Below, in pieces: positions 51,364 to 63,369 of a stretch of DNA of 64,000 nt; position 1 is the stretch's first letter; each line of letters opens with the position of its first letter. The stretch spans positions 3,472,001 through 3,536,000 of the forward strand of contig JAUFOQ010000016.1 of NCBI GenBank assembly GCA_040285855.1, written 5' to 3'. This stretch comes from Eukaryota sp. GEM-RC1. Its lineage: Eukaryota. The position numbers and the translations under genes are program-made. The notes beneath the pieces are model-generated. The model made no database searches. It had not been told where the DNA came from and saw nothing but the letters and a program-made list of their open reading frames with translations.

Positions 51364-53043
51364 CATACTTGGAAAATACAGATACTGTATTTTTATGTAT
51401 TTCTGTATTTTCTGTATTTTTTGTATTTTCTCAGACCCAATAAATACTGTATTTTTTGGATTTTTATTATGCTCAATTATTACTGTATTTTCTGTATTTT
51501 TATGGCTAAAATGGTACCAGAACAAGTTTTGGATAAAGATGTACTGTTCAATTTTCTTTGTTTCTACGTGTTGGTCGTAATTTTGAAACATACTAGACAC
51601 CAATTGGTCTTATCTTGACCATTAGAGTCAAAAAAGCCGACATGTCCTTCACACGCAACGTTGGATAGTTCACTAGACCTGCAATTTAATTTACATCAAC
51701 TTTAGAAAACAAGTAACTAGAGTTGGGCAAAACTTGACTTGACCTAGACTTGGACTTTAAATTTTTTCAACTTGGACTTGAACTTGACTTGGGATCCAAA
51801 AACCAAGTCAACTTGGACTTGAACTTGACTTGGACTCGAGTCGAACTTGAATTGGACTTGAAAAACACAGAATAGAGCAGAATACTCAGTCTGTAAAGTC
51901 AATTTTGTTAGAACACATATTACTTATTATTGAGGTATTGGTATCTCCTTTGTTAATATTGATGATAGTTGTATTTGTATGAGTAAATATAAGGCGTTTT
52001 TTTCATCTTACTTGTACAACTAAACTAACATAACGTCAACAGATTTGAGATTGAAAGTCACACTTTTACAGTTCCATTTCATTCTTCTGTTCTCATCAAT
52101 GCTACGGGTTTTGTTGCGAAATTTTCTACACAGAATCTTATGGGATGTTTAGAAGTGGTGAACCTACAATTCCGTAATCCATTGCTCGTTTGAAGCTAAT
52201 TGACACTCCAGGTATAGACACACTGGTCTTTTCAACATCTTCTTCAGCTACATTTAGTTGTCAGACTGCTTTAGGAAGGTCAAGTGTTCCAATGAAATGT
52301 TGGTCTTAGGTACCATGATGTAAGATAAAAGCAAATTTATAGGGGTATAAACAAGGCTAATACGCCAATACACTAACAGAAACTAGCTTTCGAAAGGAAC
52401 CAAAAAAAAAGTCGACTTGACTTGGACTTGACTTGGGATCCGAAAATCCAAGTCAACTTGGACTTGGACTCGAGTCAACTTGAATTTCGACTCAAGTCAA
52501 GTTTTGCCCAACTCTACAAGTAACACTAGTGTTTAACTTTTTTTAAACTACCAATGGAGGTATGAGTATGCACATATGGGATGATCAAAGACCGTGTTGA
52601 TGTACTTCTTCTCGAAAACGAAGCCGTTTATCATGAAGATAGCATGTGTAACTGTTTCTTATGGAAGATAAATTGCAAGTACAGTAGTTGTTCTTGATGA
52701 ATATAATATATATTGTTGTCACAAACAGGTCTGATAAAAATAACCTTTGGAATGATTCGAAAAAGTGTTTTGGAAAGAAAGCTGCTCAGAAAAGACGACG
52801 AACTCAATAATGGCTTCCTGATATTTGTTCGGGTATTTTTGATCTTTTGTTGTGTTCAGTTTGGTTGTGAAACCCTTATAATTTTAGTCATTGTTACTTT
52901 AAAACAGAAAAAGTTCTCACTATGACTTTTGCGAAAGTTGTCTTAGGTCGAGTCATTTTGTATTTTTCTGTATTAAGTGTATTTTTCTGTATTTTCTGTA
53001 TTGTTTGTATTTTTTCAGGGAGTGGCTGTATTTTCCAAGTATG
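51364..53043. mobile_element. Non-autonomous hAT element (middle layer)
   Basis: TIRs CATACTTGGAAAATACAG; TSD TTTTCAAT; CTGTATTTT subterminal repeats. Confidence 0.85.
51718..52516. mobile_element. Non-autonomous hAT element (inner layer)
   Basis: TIRs TAGAGTTGGGCAAAACTTGACTTGA; TSD CAAGTAAC; ACTTG(G)A repeats. Confidence 0.9.
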
Positions 53044-53144
53044 TTTTCAATTACAGAGGTTGCAATTATAGAGAGTTTACTGTACATAATATTTGGCTCC
53101 TTGGCTTGAAGAAGTTTATCGAAAATCTTGATGCCGAAGTCGTC

Positions 53145-53625
53145 AAAGTATTAAACTATACATACAATAACTTTTTACTAGAGGTTTCTTCTTTTGACCC
53201 GATAACAGCTGCTGAAAAGCTCAAACACTCCAAGTATGATCTTCAAGTTGAAGAATTAAATAGAAACTCATATTCCCAATTTGTGTTTCAACCATTTGCT
53301 GTTTCTTTTTTGGATTATTAGACCTGCTGGTGATCAATTTTTCAAGGATTTCGAAGAATGGTGTAAAGAAAGAAAAGCGTAAGTGTAGAATGGCTGAGTG
53401 CAAAAACCGTATTGTGTTTTCCATATATCGGAATATGCCTTTCTATTTCTCTAGATTAATTGAGAAATTGTACAAGTTTGGTGTGAAGGTTAATGTTGAT
53501 AAACGTAATCTTTTACCGGGTGGTGATGAAGTCGTTTGGATTTAATCTTAGTATTATTTGTTTGTTTTTACAATTTCATAGTTTGTAGGAAGGTTACCTT
53601 ATTGGGTGCCGAATAAAATCTCTCA
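53145..53625 (+). mobile_element. Family B 3' fragment
   Basis: AAEKLKHSKY...GGDEVVWI* plus the B 3' UTR. Confidence 0.85.
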
Positions 53626-53629
53626 GAGA

Positions 53630-54312
53630 TGAGACATCACCACGGCAATTGCCAAACGATTTGTCAACATAGGTATCCTCAAACAAACCAGTCAGAACTG
53701 GTTCTAAAAAGGAAACTATTCCATAAGATTTACACATGCAATATAATTGATTCCCTACTGAATCATGAACCTTCTTTCTAAAAGAAATAGAACGGTTACA
53801 ATTCAATAAATGTGTAGGTGTTACAGATTGCCCAAATTGACATTTCAGATTATGTGGACAGGTTATCAGGCCAAATAAATGACCGTAAACGCATGTTTAA
53901 TGACCAAGAGTTATCATCAAGAAAAAGACCGTAAACTTGAGGGATTTGAGTAATCAGACGTGAAGCAGAGTTATTAGAAACATCCGTTAAGAAATTTGCA
54001 AAAGCGGGATTTTTTCGATGACCATGCTAAGTCGAACATTATAATCAAAGCTTTCAAAAATATTTGTGAGTTTCCGTTGTAATTTTTTCAGACAGAACTG
54101 AAGATTAGTCAAGCATCTTTCAGGTATTTCAGACACAGATTCTGGGAAACATTGAGACAAAACGTCAAAAGGTAATTTGATTAACGCTTCGTTTAAGTCA
54201 AATAAATTTTTACATGAATTGGGGGTAATAAGTGAAATATCATCAGGAAATCGATTAACAAATTCAAAAATGAAATTTTTTCCGCCCCCTAAAAAAGAAG
54301 ATTTGGTAAAAC
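53630..54312 (-). mobile_element. Family D internal fragment
   Basis: Colinear with 8780-9490. Confidence 0.85.
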
Positions 54313-55032
54313 CAGAGGTGGGAATGACTCGAGTATTACTCGAGTAACACTCACTGTTTTGAAAAAGTGAGTATGAGTATTACTTGAGTACTTGAGTAAA
54401 AGTCTTGAGTAGTACTCGTGTATAATAGTATGTATTTATCATCCAAACTATAACCACTCCAAGAATGCAGGTTCAAAATAGACTGTACACTTTCAACATT
54501 CAAACTAGCGCGTCTAAGATTCACTACATTCCCAGCACTTGAGAAAAGGGATTCCGTAGCTACACAAGAAAGCTGACCACTCATAAAATTTTTGTGCAGT
54601 TCTACTAAGTACATGAAAACGATCTGACTCACGTTCCCAGAAACTATTTGGGTCTCACTGAATACCAAGAATTGGATGATCTTGAAAGCCTTGAGTCTCT
54701 TTTCCAGATTAAAGAATCTACTTCATTGTTCGGTTCTAAGATCGAGTATAGTAATTTCCCTCTATTTATATGTATGTCTTCACTCTTTAGAAAATTACTA
54801 TACACAGACTCTCCAGTGTGGAAATAATTGTAACTTAAAACACATTGAGTCAAAATCAGTTCTATCACCAGTACTGCATTCTGAAGTATTACTCGAGTAA
54901 AACTCAAGTAATACTCACTTTTTCACAAAAGTGAGTACGAGTAATACTCGAGTAAAACTCAGGGTTTATTACTCTTTGCTCTACTTGAGTAATGATTCAG
55001 TAGTACTTGAGTAGAGTAATTTCCCACCTCTA
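54313..55032 (-). mobile_element. Deleted hAT element with a transposase dimerisation-domain remnant
   Basis: TIRs (C/T)AGAGGTGGGAA; TACTCGAGTA subterminal repeats; SCVATESLFSSAGNVVNLRRASL...HSW; no matching TSD. Confidence 0.78.
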
Positions 55033-55059
55033 CTTTATACACAATTTTTTTTTGACAAT

Positions 55060-55641
55060 TTTTATTGACAACAACACTTGAGTGTACATACATCTAATAA
55101 TCAATATCCTCAAAGTCCAGATTGCCTATCTGGAAATTCTCACCTACCGTATCCTCATAATGTCTGCCAAGAGATAATAAAGCGATAGATACAGAAGTCA
55201 CCATACCTTTAAAGATAGCAAACACAATTCGACTTTTCCAAAATCTAAGATCAAAAGTCCTAGATGAATTTTCTTTTACAATCTTCACAAAGATTTCAAG
55301 TAATGATGTTGCAGATTCACCTAAAGAACCGTACAGTGAAAATACAAAAGGGTCCAACAAGTAATTCGAGTGTGAAGCCGAATTCAATAATTTCAATTTA
55401 TCACAATATTTTTGCATTTTAAATTTTTCACCAATCAACAAGGGGTTTTGAGCATTAGATTTAGCAAGTTTCTTGTTGGAATCATTACAAACATCGATAG
55501 ACATAACATCAGCAATAATGAAAGATCCATCGAGACCAGGAAGTATGACATCACCACGGCTATTTCCAAACGATTTGTCAACATCTGATTCATCAAACAA
55601 ACCAGCCAGAACTGGTTCTAAAAAGGACTATTCCATAAGAT
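55060..55641 (-). mobile_element. Family D 3' part
   Basis: SRGDV, ADVMSIDV, GEKFK, PFVFSLYG...FEDIDY*. Confidence 0.85.
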
Positions 55642-55949
55642 TGTCACATACTGTTACCTGAATGGGTAGACATAACAAGTGGTGTTGTCTGTAGACATAG
55701 GGTGAAGTAAATTGAATTTATTATAAGGGTACTGTTCCAGTACTAACACTACTTTTTCCCCTTTCTCGAGGATCCGGTTTTTCAAAATTCTTGAATTTTT
55801 GATTGATAATCTGCTAGGAAGGAATCTTCTGATTGGCTTTCATGTGAGAGACAAGCTAGGATCTTGCTGGTGGCTGATCCAAACATGAGTTGGTATGGGG
55901 TGAAACCTGTCACTCTACTCTTAGTTGTGTTAACTAACAGTTGTACAAT

Positions 55950-58364
55950 TGGAATGTACTAGGACCAGTTGTCGTAATCATTAAAATCGATAAGCATCTT
56001 TCTTAATGACTGCAGGATGTCGCTGTGACGACGTTCCACTAATCCGTTGCTTTGCGAAAAACTGGGGATGGATTTCTCCGTATCGATATCAAAAGCCTGA
56101 CACACGCCATTAAAGACATGGTTTGGTTGGCAAACTACTTGCCATTATCGCTATGAATCAGATGAGGTATACCAAAGATGGCACATACATTACACACTAG
56201 TGCATGAGCGGTTTCTTGGGCATTGAGCTCCTTCAAGGGACATAAGACTGTGTAACGGGTAAACGAGTCTATGAATACGAGAAGGTGACAGTTCCCGGAG
56301 GTGTCTGTCAGCAAAGGTCCAATGGTGTCGGCATTCATTTTGGCAAATGGTTTGTCTGCCCAAAGGTTAACTGATGGTTTGATTTTGAGTTTTGCAAGGG
56401 GAGCTGTCTTTTGACAAGCTGGGCATTGCATGCAGGGTTTCTTCATATCTTTGGCCATCTTAGGCCAGAAATAGTCACTAGAGTTTAGCTGATCAATGCT
56501 GACTCTTAGGCTGGGGTGGCCTGCTCCAACGTGTGGATCACCGAAAATTGGAATTCGCTTAGGATAGGTATCCACTCTGTTTTTCTCAGGTGCTGAGATG
56601 AGGAAAGCTAGGTTTCTATGATCTGTAAAGATGGTTAGATCCCTGCTTAGGAGAAATGATGACATGGGTGATTCCGTTAGGATCAGAACAATAGCGTACA
56701 ACTCTTTCTGAATTGTTGCCCAGTTTTGTTGAGATTCCGTTAGGAGTTTGCTGTAGAAAGCTAGTGGGATAACTTTCCTGTTGTTCAAAGGAGTTCCATC
56801 TTGTGCATTGGTAGGTATTTCCTGCCAAATGACACCACCTACGGCAATATCACTGGCGTTTGCACTGATCAGCACGCGTTGATCCCTGTCTGGTAGACTG
56901 AGAGGCATGTGATTGATGATCTTATTTCTGATTGTCCCGAAATTAGATTGATGGAGAGGTGTCCATTTTACTGAACGAGCGTTGTTCTTGACTAAGTTTA
57001 TGATTGGAGCCAGAAGGTCTGACGCACCTGGAATAAAAGTCTTTTATGTAGTTAATCGAACCCACGAAGCTACGAACTTCTTTGATTGTTGTTGGTACGG
57101 GCAACTCTAGGAGAGCTGTGATACGCGATGGGTCAATACTGCGTGTATTGTTAACGAACTTACTGCCCAAGATCTTTAGTGGGTGTTTCTTTGTCACAAA
57201 ATGGCATTTGGGTAGGCCAAGGTTGACTCTACGTGTGAATGCTTTAGTCAGAACGAATCGGATTCGGCTCATAAATTCTTCGAAAGTACGGCCTACTATG
57301 ATGATGTCATCGATGTAGATAAATATGCCCTCATGGTCGAATATTTCATACATCAAATTTTGAAATATAACAGGGACGTTCTTGAGTCCATAACAAGCTC
57401 TTTTAAATCGGATGGCTTTACCAGGGATTACCCGAGTTGTCTTGTCTCTATCCTTTTCTGCGAGATTCAATTGCCAGAAGGCTTTCGGAAGATCCAAGGT
57501 CGCTATGAAGTTAGCTTCACTCAGAAATTCCAAGATGTTGATGATCTTTGGAAGATTCGGTTCGACAACTCGGGTCAATGCGTTGATCCCATAGGAACCA
57601 CTGAAGTCTCCCGTAAGGCGAGGCTTACGTTGATCGGGATAGACCACCAGTACTACCGGTGAACTGAACTGTCCATTGGGAGTTGTTAACTCAGCAAAGT
57701 CCTGACGGACAAGTTCATCGAAAATCTCTTCGGCAATCCGCTGTTTCATTGGATTGAGCCGTCGAGGTTTCCGTCTCACAGTGGACTCTTCATTGTCGAA
57801 GTCGATCGCCATGGGAGGACAATCGATGCCGTCTTTGTGAGGAGCTGTTGAAAATATTGAGGAAAACTCCTGAAGCAGGCTCAATAAGCTCTTAGCTCTG
57901 TTATCATCATCTAATTTGATTGTGCAACCTGAATCGAATACATGTTTATTAAAGTCTACAATATTATCGATAGAATGGCTACGGGGAGGTTGTATGATAC
58001 GTGAGTCGAACTCAGACGCATCGTTCACGGTAGCCAGGATGGCCTTGTCAATCCGGATGACTAGTCCGTCTTCGATCAGTAGTCCTAACTGTTTCATCAG
58101 ATCAATTCCCAATAATAGTTTGTTGGATCCAGGTATTATTGGTAATGTCTTATCCACGTGTGTCAGGTACGCGATGCTACTGGTGTCAACGGTCAAGATG
58201 CCCTGGGCGCTACCCAAGGACCGGGACTCAACATTGTTTGCTGAAGTGAAGCGAACATTTTCGTTGACAGGCGTCATGTTGCACTTCATAGCCAGGTCTT
58301 GTGTGATGACGGACATGGTTGCTCCACTGTCCCAAAAACCTTGAACCGGAATTCCGTTAATCAT
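55950..58364 (-). pseudogene. pol: pol polyprotein: protease, RT, RNase H, integrase; frameshifted, with a degenerate 3' end
   Basis: WDSGA; LDLPKAFWQ, YGLKN, YIDD; ASDIAVGGV, KELYAIV, FTDHRNL; H..AGH..C..CQ, DTIGP, HSDNG. Confidence 0.9.
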
Positions 58365-58417
58365 CAGTTTGCAGCTGAGTAATGGTGAGTTCTGACTACT
58401 TATGCTGAAGACGGAAT

Positions 58418-61241
58418 TCAGCTTTGTGAGTTCGTATTACCATTGGCAGAACTGATGTTGCTCAATGGGTTTAAGAATTGATTAATTTCAATCAAAATGG
58501 GACTTGATTGACTAGATGTGATGTTATCAGATATATCCACAAGGCTGTTAATATGTGCTGATTTTGCATTGAAATATTTAGATTTTTTATTGAACTGCTT
58601 CTTGCTACGACTACGAATTGGTGATCTGGAGACGGTACTTGTGGCCTTTCGTTGGTCTGAAGGAAGTTCATTGTGACTACACTCAGGATCGGGGCATTGA
58701 GTAATAGAATGGCCCTTTTCGCCACAAAATCTACAGGCGTCAGGGTCTTTATCTTCAGATCGAGGCTTCTTTGAGGGTTTACAACTGGAAGCCGATCTTC
58801 TAGATTTGCCGGGTTCGCTAGATTGAACCGGGATGAGAGGACGGGAAGTCCAGGATTTGGGGAGATCTTCCCAGGTTGCTGTATCTCTAAGATGAGCGAT
58901 TTCGGCAATTCGTTGTTCGTTCTGAACGTTAGCTGGAGCAGATTTCCATCTCTCGCACCAGGTGTCATAACGATCTTTGATCTCGAAGATTAATCCTTGG
59001 ATATCCGGAGAATCTTGGTAGAGGGGCCAACATTCGATCCAGATGGATACGATACCTAATTTTGATAGAATAGCTTTAACAATGGCCTTGTCTGGCAACG
59101 CAGTCATTGGCTTATTCTTCGGCTTGATCGCTTGGGTTCTTTGGAGAACGCGGTGTAAACGTGATATGAAATCACCCCATAGCTCTTCGGGATCTGCGAT
59201 GGACCACTTCATCTTGACTTTGTTAAGCTCATTCAAAGCCGTGGTCTCGTCCGGAAACTGAGTACGCTTGAGGAGAGCCAACCTTAGGGAGAGAGGGTTC
59301 TTGCCATCCCACTCCTTTTGCATTGACAGCTGGGACTGTAAGTCAAACTTGACAAAACGTTGGATGTAAGAAGGATCAGCATTTGCTGCAGCAGTTCGAC
59401 AGAAGTCGGAAAAATGTTTTGGCCATCCGAATGGAGCCCCTACCGGTGTTTTGTGGTTAGGGTCCATCACGCTCCATTGAAGAAAGTCTGTAGCAAATTC
59501 AATGATGTCGTTGGGTTTTAAACTCACAAGCATCTTACGTTGAAGCTTGGAGTTCTTCATAGAGTCGACGGGGAATTTCTGTTGAAAGGTGACAACACTA
59601 TGGGACATTGGAGAACGTTGTTCCACAACCGAATTGGAAGCTGACGGAGCCAAGGGGGGAATGAGGTCAGTTGAGGGGGACGTTGACGTAGTGCTAAGGT
59701 CACTCAAAGAGAGACCAAGCTGGTGGACATCAGGTAGTGGATTTGATTGATCGGAAGGTGATTGATAAAATTCGGAATTTTTTTTCACTTTAGACTTCGG
59801 ATTTGCATTGGCTCTACGAGCGAGTTCTTCTTCATTTTCCACTCGAGCTCGGTATTTCAATGCTGTGGGCTGGATAACCACTTCATCGGATGGGGTTGTG
59901 GCACTCTGGATAGCTTCGGGAAGCGGAGAGGGGTTGATATCTGATGAGCGAATTCTTTTGTCTGAATTCGACTTTTCAAAAGTTCGACCTGTCAATATTT
60001 CCTGGACCTTTTCCCAGCATTTTTTAACGGGAATCATAGTTTCCGGTATACTAGGGTCCATCAGGATAGTATGGGATTTTCCTCAGTCGTCAAAAATGGT
60101 AAAAGTTCCTTCGAGGGGGAGAACTACGTCTTTGAATTGTCTCCTTATCAGTCTTATGGCTGTCTGAGCTGGTCTAGGATAGCGGTTTCTGAGGTAATCC
60201 GTTCTATCTTTGACTCCATGAAGAAATTCATGTACCATTCGGCGATCTGACGGGAACATATGACAGTCCGCTAGTTTCAGTTCCTCTTCTGTTAACCCTT
60301 GTTGAATAGGTCCAGAAGGAGCCTGGAATAACTGACAGGGCTAAACCCTTGCACGGGAATAATGGGATGGGGTTGGAACCCTCTCGTGTCCGTGACAGGC
60401 CTTGACGTCGGAGGTTGAGAATGGTTAAATGGGCATCTAACAGGCGTCTGACCAGACTCTTTATCATCAGATTCGTCGTAATCACATAGATCTTCTAAGT
60501 CAGGGTCCGCAGTGGGAGTGACGTGAGATACTATGGGTGTTTCACCAACATGAGGAACGGAGTCCTGGGCACGTGGAGTCGACGAGACATCAACTATGGG
60601 AAGTGATGAGGGAACGAAACCCTTCTGAGACTTTTTTATTGGGGGCACTTTTGGAAGTGGCATTTGACAAAGACTTGATTGGAGGGAGACCTAAGTCTCG
60701 TTCCGGGGCAAACTTAAACCCTCCCTGATTGCGACATGGGAGTTGCAGATGAGGAGAGTGATAGAGTGGGAAAAGGCTTGTTCGGAGTTGGGGCTCCGCT
60801 GAACATAGCTCTAATCCTCTCGAAGGAAGGACTCGTTGGAGGATGAGTATCTTTCGAAAAAGTCCTCGGATGAGTGAGGTCCTGATTATTAATCTGGAGA
60901 ACAGGATCTTCCAGGGAGGTGGAGCTCTGAAGGGCGGTACCTTCTGGAGGGCTATCCTCTCGATTGGTGATTACTTCCTCTTGGGGCTGGGAAGAAAGGG
61001 CGGAACCTTCAATCACAGGAATCCTTTGAAGGGCGGAACCTACTGGGGAAGTTTGCTGGGTTTGAGGAGTAGGAACGGAACCTACAACCTCGGAGAAGTT
61101 TTGGGGAGTTAATGGAGGGACGGAACTCTCTATAACTAACCTACTCAATGTAGGGTCCTGAGACCCTGGTGAATGAGGGAGCTGTGCGTCACACGGAGCG
61201 GAACCGCAAGGGACACAATAATTATTGTTGTCTGTAGACAT
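58418..61241 (-). CDS. gag: gag-like region (main ORF 58418-60061 plus frameshifted Pro/Ser-rich upstream ORFs)
   Basis: CRFCGEKGHSITQC zinc knuckle upstream of pol; joining the upstream ORFs is inference. Confidence 0.75.
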
Positions 61242-61491
61242 AGGATGAAGTAAATTGAATTTATTATAAGGGTACTGTTCCAGTACTAACAGTGGGAAAA
61301 GATAATATGATTTATAATTACTGTAGCTACACTATACTTTAACACTGCCACATCATAACACCTGTGGCCAACACTACCTCTTCTCTTTTTCGAGATCCTC
61401 GTTCTCTTGGCTACAGGTGATTCAGCTTTCTGAGATTGCTCGCTGGATACTCTATTCTTCTTAGGCCTGTGGACAGTGGAGCCACTACTGG

Positions 61492-61645
61492 TAGGGATGG
61501 GCGAACTCCAACTCGACTTCACACCACTCGTAGAAATTATGTAAACTCCAACTCGACTTCACTCCAAACAATAAGTATTACAAGTGAACTTCACTCCAAC
61601 TTCACTTCACTCCAACTCAAGTCACTTGTAGACTTCACTTCACAC
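61492..61645 (+). mobile_element. Probable solo hAT end with ACTTC/ACTCCA subterminal repeats
   Basis: TAGGGATGGGCG terminus followed by short repeats; no partner TIR found. Confidence 0.45.
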
Positions 61646-62039
61646 AAACTTGTTAAATTTTTGTCTCTATAAAATTCCTCTCATTTGACGCTTTTGGCAC
61701 TTCTTCCAGGTATACACAACGGTCACTCAATGTGTTTCGATTCACACTAAAGCAAACACTGTTAGATGTCCACCATGGTGATGTCATCACAATGAATCTT
61801 TGTATTTTGGTATGAAAGTTTCATTGGTTACTAAAAAAGGTTTCAAAAGTTATTTCAAAAACTGTGTTCAGAATTTGGTTAGAAGTTTAAACAGGTCTTG
61901 CAGGACGATAGTTTTAACCAGTGTTGTCAAATGCGCACTTTGGCGCATTTTGGCTGAATGCGCGCATTTTACGTGCGCCTTTTGATTTCGAACTTGAGAC
62001 ACCCCGTAAATACAAATCTTTATATATAACCCTAACCCA

Positions 62040-63060
62040 ATGATGCTTGGAAGCAAACTATGCGTCTTCGTTTAGGTTTATTCCCTAGTGGTTTGCTAAA
62101 TAATTCAATCTGTGTTTGTGATTACCGAGCTACAGCCACATTTCGTCATGTTGTTAGTTGCAAGAAATTTTTGCAATTTCGATCTGTTCTACATAACGCT
62201 GTTCGTTACGTTACTTATGAAATGTTCAAATCCTACAATTATAGTTGTAAAATTGAACCTCTTCTGAAACATTATAGTGACAATAACGTGTTTCATTCTC
62301 GGCGTGGTGACTTAATTGCTCCTTTCCTGGATTCATCTCCAGTTGTGGTTGATTTTACTACAGTTGACCCGTTTGCAAAAGTCTACCAAGACTCCATATT
62401 GAATGATTCGAATGGTCATCTGGAAGAGGCTGAACAACGAAAGTGTTCAGATTATGCGGATGCTTTGCAGAAGCTTAATGAAAATCTATATTCAAAGTTT
62501 TCATTTGTTCCATTATACGGTAATATTGGACCAGCTGCACAAGGTTTTTTAACTTCCTTTGGTAAATTGTGTTCTGAGTATGGTAAAGTTTTCAATGAAA
62601 ATTTTTGGTTGAGTAGGTTAACGTTGCGTTGTTTCGTTCAATGCACAGATATTTTAATTCAATTTTAGATAAGTTGTTCGGTGATGGACAGAAGGATCAT
62701 AGTTTAGATACTTTAGTTAGTGTCTGTTAGTTATTAACTTCTGCAAATGCATTTATTTCACTGACTGATCATAAACCCCGTTTTTTGTTCCATTTGCCAT
62801 TTCAATTTTTGGTAATATTGGTCCAGCCGGTTTAAAGTTTTTCAGTGATTTTAGTCTTTTATGTCGTTCTAATGGCAAGTTGTTTAATAGCGCGCGCTGT
62901 ATGGATTAATCGAATTATGTTCGCTCTTTATAGAAGCATTCCCAAGTATTTATGTTCCATTTATTCGAAGTTGTATAGGGACAATTCGCGTGTTGATGTG
63001 GAGAATTTAACTTCTTTCATTTTTTGAATTAGTATGTATTAATTTATTGTTGCAAATAAA
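62040..63060 (+). mobile_element. Family A2 copy with a nested family E insertion (62515-62783)
   Basis: Matches 1945-2632; TSD TTTGTTCCATT at 62504-62514 and 62784-62794. Confidence 0.9.
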
Positions 63061-63064
63061 CTCT

Positions 63065-63365
63065 TTATATACTTTTTATGGTAATTCGTCTGATTTGGTC
63101 TACAACTCGGCTAATCTTTCTTCATTAACCGGTGTTAAACAAGGTGATCCTCTTGGACCTTATTTCTTCTGCCTTGCTATTCACCCCATCCTCAACTATC
63201 TTAAATCCAAGTATAAGCATTTGGAAATTGTGGCTTATAGGTTGACATTTCTTTTATTGCACCTTTTGAGACTATACAAGTAATTTCTGCAGAAGCTGCC
63301 ACTTTGTATTAAGAGATTGGGTTAAATTTAAATATTCAAAAACGTTTCGTTATAGGAAAAGAACC
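63065..63365 (+). mobile_element. Internal RT fragment of a CRE-like element
   Basis: GVKQGDPLGPYFFCLAIHP. Confidence 0.8.
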
Positions 63366-63369
63366 AAAG

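Larger units (their letters stand above)
50813..53082. mobile_element. pogo/Tigger-like non-autonomous element (outer layer of a nest)
   Basis: TIRs CAGTAAACTCTCT(C/A)TAATTG with TA flanks. Confidence 0.75.
55683..61291 (-). mobile_element. Ty3/gypsy LTR retrotransposon with 66-bp LTRs, coding region disrupted
   Basis: LTRs 55683-55748 and 61226-61291 (TGTT..AACA, 1 mismatch); TSD GTGG; PPT GAGAAAGGGGAAAAAG next to the 3' LTR; order gag-PR-RT-RH-IN. Confidence 0.92.

Noticed and set aside
51725..52500. ACTTGGACTTG repeat arrays (also GATCCGA near 19650 and TACTCGAGTA near 54330) as CRISPR-like or satellite arrays
   Set aside because: Irregular, no unique spacers, confined next to TIRs: these are hAT subterminal repeats
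55652..55748. Longer 97-bp 3' LTR ending TGTTA/TAACA
   Set aside because: The extra 31 bp is absent from the 5' LTR, and the GTGG TSD fits the 66-bp boundary
12784..61672. Numerous short antisense or overlapping ORFs in the track
   Set aside because: Shadows of real genes, repeats or low-complexity TE sequence
62027..62038. TAACCCTAACCC as telomere or telomere-targeted insertion
   Set aside because: Only two units, and other A2 copies lack it
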